Source of the DNA: an uncultured Actinomycetes bacterium
GTDB taxonomy: Bacteria; Actinomycetota; Actinomycetes; Mycobacteriales; SCTD01
NCBI GenBank assembly: GCA_963784675.1
Contig: CAWASE010000001.1
Coordinates: forward strand, 28,449-92,448
DNA: 64,000 nt
Direction: 5' to 3'
This document shows positions 37,507 to 46,224 of the stretch, one piece after another. The position numbers and the translations under genes are program-made. The notes under the pieces are model-generated. The model did not search any database, was not told the origin of the DNA, and saw nothing but the letters and a program-made list of their open reading frames with translations. How positions within the stretch are numbered: the first letter of the stretch is position 1; every line of letters starts with the position of its first letter.

Positions 37507-38766
37507 CTAGGGGATCTGGTGGCCGGAGATGGCCCGGCTGATGATCAGTCGCTGGATCTCGCTGGTGCCCTCGAAGATGGTGTAGATCTTCGCGTCGCGG
37601 TGCCAGCGCTCGACGGGGTACTCGCGCGTGTAGCCGTTGCCGCCCAGGATCTGGATGGCCTTCTCGGTCACGTCGACGGCGGTCTCCCCGGCGAACAGCT
37701 TGCACATCGAGCCCTCGCCCGCGGTGAACGGGATGTTGTTCTTGCCCATCCACGCCGCGCGCCAGACCAGCAGGCGGCTGGCGTCCAGCTTGGTCTTCAT
37801 GTCGGCGAGCATGAAGGCGATGCCCTGGTTCTCCACGATCGGACGGCCGAACTGCTCGCGGGTCTTGGCGTAGTCGAGCGCGTACTCGTAGGCGGCACGC
37901 GCGATGCCCACGGCCTGCGCCCCGACGGCCGGACGCGAGGCCTCGAAGGTGGCCATCGCAGCCTGGCCACCCTTCTGCCGCTTGCTCTGCACCTGCTCGC
38001 CGCGGGCCAGGGCGGCCGCGCGCTCGCGGGCGCGGGCCAGGCGCTCGTCGAGCTTGTCCTTGTCCCCGAGCAGGGCGCTGCCGGGAAGGCGCAGATCGTC
38101 CAGGATCACCTCGCTGGTGTGGCTGGCGCGGATGCCGTGCTTCTTGAACTTCTGGCCCTGCGCGAGCCCCTTGCCCTTGAACTCCGGACCGACCACGAAC
38201 GAGGCCTGCCCACGGGCCTTCAGGGCGGGGTCGACGGCAGCGACGACCACGTGCACGTCGGCGATCCCGCCGTTGGTGATCCAGGTTTTCACCCCGTTCA
38301 GCACCCACTCGTCGTTCGCCTGGTCGTAGACGGCGGTCGTCTTCATGCTCGACACGTCCGAGCCGGCGTTGGGCTCGGACACGGCCAGCGCCGCCAGCTT
38401 CACGTCGTCCTCGGTGCCGAAGCACTGCGGCACCCACTCCCCGATCTGGTCCAGGGTGCCGTTGCTGAGGATGCCGGCGACGCCCAGGGTCGTGCCGACG
38501 ATGGACAGGCCGATGCCGGCGTCGCCCCAGAACAGCTCCTCCATGGTGATCGGCAGGCTGATGCCCGACTCGTCACCCCACGCGCTGGCGAAGAAGTCCA
38601 GGCTGTAGATGCCGGCCTTGGCCGCCTCCTGGATCACCGGCCACGGCGTCTCCTCGCGCTCGTCCCACTCCGAGGCCGCCGGGCGGATGACGTCGGCCGA
38701 GAACTCGTGCAACCACTTCTGCAGGGTGGTCTGGTCCTCGGTCAGCTCGAGGGTGAAGCCGGTCAT
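37507..38766 (-). CDS. Acyl-CoA dehydrogenase
   Basis: ATG 38766 ([12 protein letters not shown]...). ACAD motifs [16 protein letters not shown], and C-terminal [18 protein letters not shown]. Confidence 0.9.
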   Translation of the reverse strand: MTGFTLELTEDQTTLQKWLHEFSADVIRPAASEWDEREETPWPVIQEAAKAGIYSLDFFASAWGDESGISLPITMEELFWGDAGIGLSIVGTTLGVAGILSNGTLDQIGEWVPQCFGTEDDVKLAALAVSEPNAGSDVSSMKTTAVYDQANDEWVLNGVKTWITNGGIADVHVVVAAVDPALKARGQASFVVGPEFKGKGLAQGQKFKKHGIRASHTSEVILDDLRLPGSALLGDKDKLDERLARARERAAALARGEQVQSKRQKGGQAAMATFEASRPAVGAQAVGIARAAYEYALDYAKTREQFGRPIVENQGIAFMLADMKTKLDASRLLVWRAAWMGKNNIPFTAGEGSMCKLFAGETAVDVTEKAIQILGGNGYTREYPVERWHRDAKIYTIFEGTSEIQRLIISRAISGHQIP

Positions 38767-38809
38767 GGGCGCTCCTGGCGTGGTCGGGGTCCGCCGGGGG
38801 CGGCGGTCT

Positions 38810-38840
38810 GGACTGCTGTTACCGACGGTAACAGCAGTCC
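38810..38840. promoter_or_regulatory. Perfect 15-bp-arm palindrome, candidate TetR operator
   Basis: GGACTGCTGTTACCG-A-CGGTAACAGCAGTCC in the 150-bp divergent region between the ACAD-TetR operon and the alpha/beta hydrolase gene. Confidence 0.5.
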
Positions 38841-38887
38841 CGCGCGGCGTCGAGGCGACGCCTGTCACACCCGCCGGGCCTTGACCA

Positions 38888-38908
38888 GGTGTTACCTGCC
38901 GTAACACC
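38888..38908. promoter_or_regulatory. Second palindrome sharing the TGTTAC...GTAACA core, overlapping the hydrolase promoter
   Basis: GGTGTTAC-CTGCC-GTAACACC, with TTGACC (38881-38886) immediately upstream and ATG 38917 8 nt downstream. Confidence 0.45.
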
Positions 38909-38916
38909 ATGTCGGC

Positions 38917-39861
38917 ATGGCTGACGTGACCTTGAACGAGCTGCTGGTGCACGGCAACGCGGTGTCCTACGCCGAGGCAGGAGCCGGCACCGGGGAGAAG
39001 GACCGCCCCGTCGTCGTGCTCGTGCACGGCATCGCCTCCCGGGCGGCGCAGTGGGAGCAGGTCATGCAGGTTCTCGGCGAGAGCTGCCACGTGATCGCCC
39101 CGGACCTGCTCGGCCACGGTCAGTCGGCCAAGCCACGCGGCGACTACTCCCTGGGCGCCCACGCCTGCGGTATCCGCGACCTGCTCGCCGGGCTCGGCCA
39201 CGACCGCGTCTCCCTGGTCGGCCACTCGCTGGGCGGCGGCGTCGCGATGCAGTTCGCCTACCAGTTCCCGGAGCGGGTCGAGCGGATGGCCCTGGTCGAC
39301 GCCGGTGGCCTCGGCAAGGAGGTCAGCATCTTCCTGCGCGCCGCGACCCTGCCCGGCGCCGAGCTGGTCATCCCTGTGCTGGCGTCGTCCTGGGTGCGCA
39401 AGGGCGCCGGCAGGCTCGGCCAGCTGCTGGGCAAGGTCAACCTGTCGGTCCCTGAGGGGCTCGCCGAGTGCCTGGTGGGAGTCGGCTCCATGTCGGACCC
39501 CGGCACCCGCAACGCGTTCCTGCACACCGCGCGCGGCGTGCTGGACCCGGCCGGCCAGCGCGTGGACGCGCGCGACCGGCTGTACCTGGCCGCGGACCTG
39601 CCGCTGTTCGTCATCTGGGGTCGCCGCGACGCCATCATCCCGGTGGCGCACGGCGAGGCGCTGGCGCGCACGGTGCCGAACACGACGCTGGAGGTGTTCG
39701 AGCAGTCCGGCCACTTCCCGCACCTCACCGAGCCCGGGCGGCTCGCCCGCACGCTGGCGGACTGGCTGGTCCGCACCCCGCCGGTGCAGCTGGACCCGAA
39801 CGCCCTCACCGCCCGCATCCGCGACCCGCGCTCCGCGCTCACGGTGACGCAGCCCGGCTGA
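38917..39861 (+). CDS. Alpha/beta hydrolase
   Basis: VVLVHGIAS...[12 protein letters not shown]...GHFPHLTEP catalytic-triad context. Confidence 0.8.
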   Translation: MADVTLNELLVHGNAVSYAEAGAGTGEKDRPVVVLVHGIASRAAQWEQVMQVLGESCHVIAPDLLGHGQSAKPRGDYSLGAHACGIRDLLAGLGHDRVSLVGHSLGGGVAMQFAYQFPERVERMALVDAGGLGKEVSIFLRAATLPGAELVIPVLASSWVRKGAGRLGQLLGKVNLSVPEGLAECLVGVGSMSDPGTRNAFLHTARGVLDPAGQRVDARDRLYLAADLPLFVIWGRRDAIIPVAHGEALARTVPNTTLEVFEQSGHFPHLTEPGRLARTLADWLVRTPPVQLDPNALTARIRDPRSALTVTQPG

Positions 39862-39868
39862 ACGCCGC

Positions 39869-40534
39869 TCAGGGACCCGCCGCTGCCAGGGCCGCCCGGG
39901 CCGCCGCGGGCGGGGTCCCGTTCGCGCAGTCCGCGCCCTGCTCGCGCCCCTGGTCACCGCCGGCGTACGCCGTCAGGAACTGCGCCAGCCGCGGGTCCCG
40001 GGCGTCCTGGACGACGAGCTGCGCACCCCACGCCGTCGCGACCACCGGACCGCGCTGGTCCTCGTACGGCGAGACGAGCGCGTACTCCGGCCGGTCGGAC
40101 GCCAGGGCGGTCAGCGCGTCGACGAGGTCGCCGTCCGAGCCGGGCAGGTAGGTGAACCAGACGGCTCCGTGCTCCAGCGAGTGCAGCGCGAACTCTTCCG
40201 GCAGCGGCTCGGTGTAGACGCCGCACCGCAGCCAGCCGAGCACGCCCCCGGCCTGCGGCGGCCAGTGCGAGCCCTGCAGCGGTGGCCGAGCGTCGTAGCT
40301 GAGGTCACGGGCGACGTGCTCGGGCGCCTGGTACTCCTGCGTGCGGACACCCTCGATGCGCGCGCCGGCTGCCTGGTCCGGCGACGGTCGGGTGCGGACG
40401 CCCGGAGCGGCGGTGCCCCCCGGCGAGCCGGCCGACGGGCCGGCGGCGCCGCTGTCGTCGACCCCCGCCGCGCAGCCGGCCAGCAGCACGGCGCACAGTC
40501 CCGCAGCGCCGGCGACCAGCCGGCGGTCAGTCAC
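39869..40534 (-). CDS. DUF3105-like lipoprotein
   Basis: GTG 40534 gives [21 protein letters not shown] (lipobox LAGC). [12 protein letters not shown]...ATAWGAQL are typical DUF3105 motifs. The start overlaps the glgC stop by 8 nt. Confidence 0.65.
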   Translation of the reverse strand: MTDRRLVAGAAGLCAVLLAGCAAGVDDSGAAGPSAGSPGGTAAPGVRTRPSPDQAAGARIEGVRTQEYQAPEHVARDLSYDARPPLQGSHWPPQAGGVLGWLRCGVYTEPLPEEFALHSLEHGAVWFTYLPGSDGDLVDALTALASDRPEYALVSPYEDQRGPVVATAWGAQLVVQDARDPRLAQFLTAYAGGDQGREQGADCANGTPPAAARAALAAAGP

Positions 40535-41765
40535 GGACGTGCAGCCCCTTGCCGACCACGACGCGACCCCCGTCCGTGACGGTGAAGCCGCGCGCGCGGT
40601 CCGCCGCGTGGTCGACACCGACGGAGGCTCCCGGCCAGACGACGACGTTCTTGTCCAGGATGGCGTCCTTGACGACGGCGCCGCGCCCGACGTCGACGTT
40701 GTGCAGCAGCACGCTGCCGTTGACCTCGCTGCCGGAGTGCACCCGCACCCCGGGCGACACGATGGAGCGACGGACGCGCCCGCCCGAGATGATGACGCCC
40801 TGCGACACCAGCGAGTCGACCGCCTGCCCGACCCGGCCCTGCTCCTCGAAGACGAACTTCGCCGGGGGCAGCGCCGGCGAGGTGGTCAGGATCGGCCACT
40901 GCCGGTTGTAGAGGTTGAACACCGGGTGGATCGAGACCAGGTCCATGTGCGCGTCGTAGTAGCTGTCCAGGGTCCCGACGTCGCGCCAGTAGCCGTGATC
41001 GCGCTCGGTGGCGCCCGGGACGTCGTTGTCGGAGAAGTCGTAGACCTCGGCCGACTGCTTGCCGACCATCATCGGGATGATGTCGCCGCCCATGTCGTGG
41101 ACCGAGCCCTCGTCGCCGGCGTCCAGCTTCACGGCCTCGAGCAGCGCCTCGGTGGAGAAGACGTAGTTGCCCATCGAGGCGTAGACCATGGACGGGTCGT
41201 CGGGGAGCCCGGGGGGATCCGCCGGCTTCTCCAGGAACGCCTCGATGCTCCGCCCGTCCGGCCCGGTCTGGATGACCCCGAAACCGTGCGCCTCCTCGCG
41301 CGGGATCCGGATGCCGGCGACGGTGACGCCGGCGCCGGAGGCGATGTGCTGCTCGACCATCTGCCGCGGGTCCATCCGGTAGACGTGGTCGGCGCCGAAC
41401 ACGACCACGTGGTCCGGCTGCTCGTCGTAGACGAGGTTCAGGCTCTGATGGATCGCGTCCGCCGAGCCGCGGAACCACTGCGGACCGAGCCGCTGCTGGG
41501 CGGGCACCGGCGTCACGTAGTTGCCCAGCAGGGTCGACATCCGCCACGTCGTGGTGATGTGCCGGTCCAGCGAGTGCGACTTGTACTGCGTCAGCACGAC
41601 GATCCGCAGGTAGCCGGCATTCACCAGATTCGACAGCACGAAGTCGACGAGCCGGTAGATGCCGCCGAAGGGGACGGCCGGTTTGGCCCGGTCCGCCGTC
41701 AACGGTGCCAGCCGCTTGCCCTCGCCGCCGGCGAGAACGATGCCCAGTACCCGGGGGGAGCGCAT
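40527..41765 (-). CDS. glgC: Glucose-1-phosphate adenylyltransferase
   Basis: [46 protein letters not shown]... and a left-handed beta-helix C-terminus. ATG 41765 chosen (ORF track start 41783). Confidence 0.9.
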   Translation of the reverse strand: MRSPRVLGIVLAGGEGKRLAPLTADRAKPAVPFGGIYRLVDFVLSNLVNAGYLRIVVLTQYKSHSLDRHITTTWRMSTLLGNYVTPVPAQQRLGPQWFRGSADAIHQSLNLVYDEQPDHVVVFGADHVYRMDPRQMVEQHIASGAGVTVAGIRIPREEAHGFGVIQTGPDGRSIEAFLEKPADPPGLPDDPSMVYASMGNYVFSTEALLEAVKLDAGDEGSVHDMGGDIIPMMVGKQSAEVYDFSDNDVPGATERDHGYWRDVGTLDSYYDAHMDLVSIHPVFNLYNRQWPILTTSPALPPAKFVFEEQGRVGQAVDSLVSQGVIISGGRVRRSIVSPGVRVHSGSEVNGSVLLHNVDVGRGAVVKDAILDKNVVVWPGASVGVDHAADRARGFTVTDGGRVVVGKGLHVRD

Positions 41766-41795
41766 GCCTGCAGTGTGTCCCACTAGCGTTCAGCC

Positions 41796-42947
41796 ATGCG
41801 CATCGGTGTCCTCACCCGTGAATGGCCGCCCGAGGTCTACGGCGGTGCCGGCGTCCACGTCGAGTACCTCGTGGCGGCGCTGCGCCGCGCGGGAGCGGTT
41901 CCGGAGGTGCACTCCTTCGGGGGTACCGCGGACGGCGCCGTCGCCCACGCCCCCGACCCGCGACTGGCCTCGGCCAACGCCGCGCTGCAGGTCCTGAGCA
42001 CCGACCTGTCGATCGCCGCGGCCGTCGGAGGCTGCGAGGTCGTGCACTCCCACACCTGGTACGCCGACCTGGCCGGGCACCTGGCGGCCCTGCTGCACGG
42101 CATCCCGCACGTCGTGACCACGCACTCGCTCGAGCCGCACCGTCCGTGGAAGGCCGAGCAGCTCGGCGGGGGGTACGCCCTCTCGTCGTGGGCCGAGCGC
42201 ACCGCCGTGCTGGCCGCCGACGCCGTCATCGCCGTGAGCCGCGGGATGGCCCGCGACGTGCTCGCGTCCTATCCCGAGCTGGACCCCGCGCGCGTCCACG
42301 TCGTCTACAACGGCATCGACGCCGAGCAGTACGCACCGACGCCGGCCACCGACGTGCTGGAGCGGCACGGCGTCGACCCTGCCGTGCCCTACGCGCTGTT
42401 CGTGGGACGCGTGACGCGGCAGAAGGGACTGGCCCACCTGCTCCGGGCCGCCCGCGACCTCCCCGGACAGCTGGTCCTGTGCGCCGGCGCCCCCGACACG
42501 CCGGAGATCGCCGCCGAGACCGAAGCCCTGATCGCCGAGCTGCGCAGCACCCGCTCCGGCGTGGTGCTGATCAGCGAGATGCTGCCCAAGACCGACGTGA
42601 TCCAGCTGCTCTCGCACGCGACGGTCTTCGCGTGCCCCTCGGTGTACGAGCCGCTGGGCATCGTGAACCTGGAGGCGATGGCGTGCGGCACGGCCGTGGT
42701 GGCCTCGGACGTCGGCGGCATCCCCGAGGTGGTGGTCGACGGCCGGACCGGGGTGCTCGTCCACTACGACGAGGCCGACCCGGCCGGCTTCGAGGCCGGC
42801 CTCGCCACCGCCCTGACGGAGGTCCTGCAGGATCCCGACCGCGCCGCCGGGCTGGGGCGTGCCGGTCGGGAGCGGGCGGTGGCGGAGTTCGGCTGGGACG
42901 CGATCGCCCGGCAGACCCTCGAGCTCTACCGCGCCGTCAGCCAGTAG
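41796..42947 (+). CDS. glgA: Glycogen synthase / alpha-glucan glycosyltransferase (GT4, actinobacterial GlgA type)
   Basis: MRIGVLTREWPPEVYGGAGVHVEYL...GRVTRQKG...EPLGIVNLEAMACGTAVVAS. Divergent from glgC with only a 30-bp gap. Confidence 0.85.
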   Translation: MRIGVLTREWPPEVYGGAGVHVEYLVAALRRAGAVPEVHSFGGTADGAVAHAPDPRLASANAALQVLSTDLSIAAAVGGCEVVHSHTWYADLAGHLAALLHGIPHVVTTHSLEPHRPWKAEQLGGGYALSSWAERTAVLAADAVIAVSRGMARDVLASYPELDPARVHVVYNGIDAEQYAPTPATDVLERHGVDPAVPYALFVGRVTRQKGLAHLLRAARDLPGQLVLCAGAPDTPEIAAETEALIAELRSTRSGVVLISEMLPKTDVIQLLSHATVFACPSVYEPLGIVNLEAMACGTAVVASDVGGIPEVVVDGRTGVLVHYDEADPAGFEAGLATALTEVLQDPDRAAGLGRAGRERAVAEFGWDAIARQTLELYRAVSQ

Positions 42948-42987
42948 CCGGTCGCCGTCCGTCCGGGCCTCCGACGCAGGCGACCGG
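42948..42987 (+). terminator. Possible long imperfect hairpin after glgA
   Basis: CCGGTCGCC ... GGCGACCGG (9-bp outer stem, with inner CGTC/GACG pairing) directly after the glgA stop. No U-tract. Confidence 0.25.
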
Positions 42988-43027
42988 AAAGCGCACTCCG
43001 CGCTGCCGGCTGTGCCAGAGTCGGCAG

Positions 43028-43723
43028 GTGCGCTCCCGATCCGCGCGTCCCGCGCTCGTGCCGGCAGGCCTGCCCGGCAGGCTTCTCGTCAAGCTGCTCG
43101 CGTGCCTGGTGGTGGCGCTCGGGCTCGTACCCGTGACGGCAGGGGCGTCCTGGGCCTGCTCCTGCCGGCCGGACGACCGCCCCGAGCAGGTCCGGTACGC
43201 CGAGACCGCCCGCGCCGCCGACGTCGCCTACGTCGGCGTCGTCACGAGCCGGACCACGCCACCACCGTCGGTGGACGGTCAGATCAGCAGCGCCCAGCAG
43301 AGCGTGACGTACACGATCCGCGCCGACCGGAGCCTGCGCGGCGCGGTGCTCGGCACCCGCAGCGTCACCGTCTCCAGCGCGGAGTCCGCCTGCGGGGTCA
43401 CCCTCCCGGAGCGGGCCCGCGTCCTGGTCACGGCCGAGCCCTTCGGGCTGTGCGGCGGCGTCACCACCGACCGGGTGCAGGAACGGGCAGCGCTCATCGC
43501 GAGCGCCTTGGCCCGCCCGCCGACCCGGCACGTCGTCCTCGCCTGCGAGGACCTCAGCAGCATCGCCCGGTCCGAGCTCGCACTGCAGGGGGTCGGCGCA
43601 CCGGCCGCCACGCAGCTAGCCTACGCGCGGCGGGCGATCGGCGCGGCCAACCGCAAGGTGCTCGGCCCGAGCCGGTCCCGGGTGCGGACAGGGACGAGCC
43701 TGACCGTCCCCCGACTGGTGTGA
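43028..43723 (+). CDS. Secreted protein with mature N-terminal Cys-Ser-Cys (TIMP/NTR-like OB pattern) and a LysM-like C-terminus
   Basis: Only the last ~230 codons of the 633-aa track ORF look real. Signal ...LLVKLLACLVVALGLVPVTAGASWA, then CSCRPDD...AADVAYVGVVTS...YTIRADRSLRG...CGVTLPERARVLVTA. The tail is HVVLACEDLSSIARSE...VRTGTSLTVP. The start (GTG 43028 or 43058) is uncertain. Confidence 0.5.
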   Translation: MRSRSARPALVPAGLPGRLLVKLLACLVVALGLVPVTAGASWACSCRPDDRPEQVRYAETARAADVAYVGVVTSRTTPPPSVDGQISSAQQSVTYTIRADRSLRGAVLGTRSVTVSSAESACGVTLPERARVLVTAEPFGLCGGVTTDRVQERAALIASALARPPTRHVVLACEDLSSIARSELALQGVGAPAATQLAYARRAIGAANRKVLGPSRSRVRTGTSLTVPRLV

Positions 43724-46224
43724 GACCGGTCCGGACCGGGCTGCTGGTCGCGGCGGCGCTGGTGGCCGCGCTGCTGGTGCCGACGCCGGCGCAGGCGGCT
43801 GCGCCGGACGTCGTGGTCAGCGCGCACCGCGGCGGTGCGGCGTATGCCCCGGAGAACACGATGGCGGCCTTCCGGAACGCCGTCGCGCTCGGGGTGGACC
43901 AGCTGGAGGCCGACGTGCAGCTGACGGCGGACGGTCGGCTGGTGGTGCTGCACGACGACACCCTGGACCGCACCACGGACTGCACCGGGACGGCGATCAG
44001 CGCGACCTTCGCCCAGATCCAGCGCTGCGACGCCGGCTTCTGGTGGAGCCCGGGCCCCTCGCTGACGGTGCGCACGACGCAGGCACCCCACCCCCTCCGC
44101 GGCACCGGCGTGCGGGTGCCGGCGGTGGAAGAGCTGCTCGCGCTCGGCCGCAGCAGCCCGCGGCAGAGCCTGTCCATCGAGGTGAAGAACATCCCCGGGG
44201 AGGCCAACTTCGACCCGACCGGCGTCCGCGTCGCCACGGCGCTCGTCGCCGCCGTCGACGCGAGCGGCATCGACAAGGAGCGGGTGCTCGTGCAGTCGTT
44301 CTTCCCGACCAGCCTGGAGGCCGTCAAGCGGCTGGACCCGACGCTGCGGACCCAGTTCCTGACCTCCTCGGGCACCGGGCAGACGGCCGCGCAGAACCTG
44401 TCGTACGCGACCGCCCGGGGGATCGACGTCGTCGCGCCGGACGATGCCGCGCCGGACCTGAACCCCGCCCTGGTGCAGGCAGCGCGCGCCGCCGGGCGCG
44501 CAGTGTTCCTCTACACGCCCGACCGGCGGGCGGCGCTGCAGCGCGGGCTCGGCCTGGGCGTCGACGGCCTGATCACCGACCGGCCCGCCTGCCTGCTCGC
44601 GCTGCTCGGCCGCCCGGTGCCGCCCGGCCGCACGGGGGGCGTCGCGGCCTGCGAGTCCGAGCGGGTCGGGGCCGGCCCGGTCGACCGGCCTGCACCGGAG
44701 ACCTGCACGGCCCTGCGGCCGCCCCGCTGGGCGCCCACCGTCGCCGCGCCGGACCCCCGCGGCGACCTGCGCGTCGTCGGGCTGCAGTACAAGCAGGACG
44801 TCGACAACGTCACCGACTACGCGGCCTTCCGCACCGCGATGCGGTGCCTGGTCGAGGACCACGTCGCGGGCCTGCGCGACGGACGCCCCGTGCTCGCGGT
44901 CTTCAACGAGGATGTCGGGCTCATGACGGTGGCGACCGGCTCGCGAGGTGCCAGCGTGCGGGCGCAGGCGGCGTCACCGGCCCGGGCGCCGGCCGGCACC
45001 GCCGCACCGGTCGGCGCCGCCGCTGCGCTGGGACAGCTCAACGCCGCCTACGCGCCGCAGGCCGCGGCCTACCAGGCCCGGTTCGGACCGGTCGACCCGC
45101 GCAAGCAGGTGCTGCTGGCCGCCACCGACACCTTCGCCCGGGCCTTCAGCGAGACCTTCAGCGGGATCGCCCGCGACTACGGCATCTACGTCGTCGCCGG
45201 CAACAACCAGCCCCGCTTCCGCAGCTCGACCGACCCCGCCGAGATCGCGCTGTTCGCCGACCCTGACCTGCCCAGCCCGCAGCAGGCGTACGTCGCCGTC
45301 GACGGCCGGGTGCCCAACACCGCCTACGTCTGGGGCCCGACCGACGTCGACCCGACCGCGGTCGCCCCCGAGCGCAACCTGCTGCACCGCAACGAGAAGG
45401 TGCCGCTCACCCAGACCGAGCTCGACCTGCTCGCCCTGGACGCCGGACCCTCCACCGGTCCCGCCGCGGTCGCCAACCTGCGTGGGCCGGTCGTCGCCGG
45501 GCACCGGCTGGGCATCGCGACGTCGCTGCCGGCGTTCGTCTACGGCCACGGCTTCGGCGGGCGTCCCGCGGCGGACCCGTGCGCCGACACCTCGCTCACC
45601 TACATGGCCTGCCTGGACGCGCTCGGCACCGACGTCGTCGTGCAGGACGAAGCCAACCCGGGCCCGTGGGCGGCCTACAACCCGGGCGGCTGGCAGCCGC
45701 TGGAGTGGATGAGCTCGACCTGGCGCGCGGTCGCCGACCCCAGCGTGCACTTCCGCTACAACATCACCCCGCACCTGGTCGGCAACCTGCTGGACCTGCC
45801 CTTCGACGGTCAGTCCGCCATCACCGCGCGCGCGGCCGGGCAGCCCTCGCGGCACTACGTCGGCACCACCGAACGCCTCGATGCACGGGATCCCGCCGAG
45901 TACCAGGTGTACGCCGGCGGCAAGCCGCACTTCCTCGCGCTGGCACCGTGGGTGGTCCCCGACGCCCCTCGCACCGACCTGGAAGCGGTGGCCCGGCGGC
46001 TGGCCGGGGGCAGCGGCGACCCGATCGAGGACGGATACCTGCAGACCGCCGTCGCCGCCGACCTGCTGCCCGTCCCCGCTGCGGTCCGGACTCCCACGGC
46101 TCCGTCCGGCGCCGCACCCCCTGCTTCCCCCGGCCGGCTGCCAGCCACCGGCGGTCAGGCACCCTGGGCCGCGCTGCTGCTGCTCGTCCTGCTGGCCCGA
46201 CGAAGGAACCGACGATGGACCTGA
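43720..46224 (+). CDS. Cell-wall-anchored glycerophosphodiester phosphodiesterase fused to a ~530-aa domain of uncertain (carbon-nitrogen-hydrolase-like?) type; LPATG sorting signal
   Basis: GTG 43720 overlaps the upstream stop (GTGA). Sec signal VRPVRTGLLVAAALVAALLVPTPAQA. GDPD motifs VSAHRGGAAYAPENTMAAF, EADVQLTADGRLVVLHDDTLDRTT. C-terminus is LPATG + GQAPWAALLLLVLLA + RRRNRRWT. Confidence 0.7.
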   Translation: MRPVRTGLLVAAALVAALLVPTPAQAAAPDVVVSAHRGGAAYAPENTMAAFRNAVALGVDQLEADVQLTADGRLVVLHDDTLDRTTDCTGTAISATFAQIQRCDAGFWWSPGPSLTVRTTQAPHPLRGTGVRVPAVEELLALGRSSPRQSLSIEVKNIPGEANFDPTGVRVATALVAAVDASGIDKERVLVQSFFPTSLEAVKRLDPTLRTQFLTSSGTGQTAAQNLSYATARGIDVVAPDDAAPDLNPALVQAARAAGRAVFLYTPDRRAALQRGLGLGVDGLITDRPACLLALLGRPVPPGRTGGVAACESERVGAGPVDRPAPETCTALRPPRWAPTVAAPDPRGDLRVVGLQYKQDVDNVTDYAAFRTAMRCLVEDHVAGLRDGRPVLAVFNEDVGLMTVATGSRGASVRAQAASPARAPAGTAAPVGAAAALGQLNAAYAPQAAAYQARFGPVDPRKQVLLAATDTFARAFSETFSGIARDYGIYVVAGNNQPRFRSSTDPAEIALFADPDLPSPQQAYVAVDGRVPNTAYVWGPTDVDPTAVAPERNLLHRNEKVPLTQTELDLLALDAGPSTGPAAVANLRGPVVAGHRLGIATSLPAFVYGHGFGGRPAADPCADTSLTYMACLDALGTDVVVQDEANPGPWAAYNPGGWQPLEWMSSTWRAVADPSVHFRYNITPHLVGNLLDLPFDGQSAITARAAGQPSRHYVGTTERLDARDPAEYQVYAGGKPHFLALAPWVVPDAPRTDLEAVARRLAGGSGDPIEDGYLQTAVAADLLPVPAAVRTPTAPSGAAPPASPGRLPATGGQAPWAALLLLVLLARRRNRRWT

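Noticed and set aside
41822-43027. The upstream 400 codons of the 633-aa ORF that ends at 43723.
   Set aside because: This part overlaps glgA in another frame and is Arg/Pro/Gly-rich. Only the portion after the signal-peptide-like segment (from about 43028) looks like a real protein.
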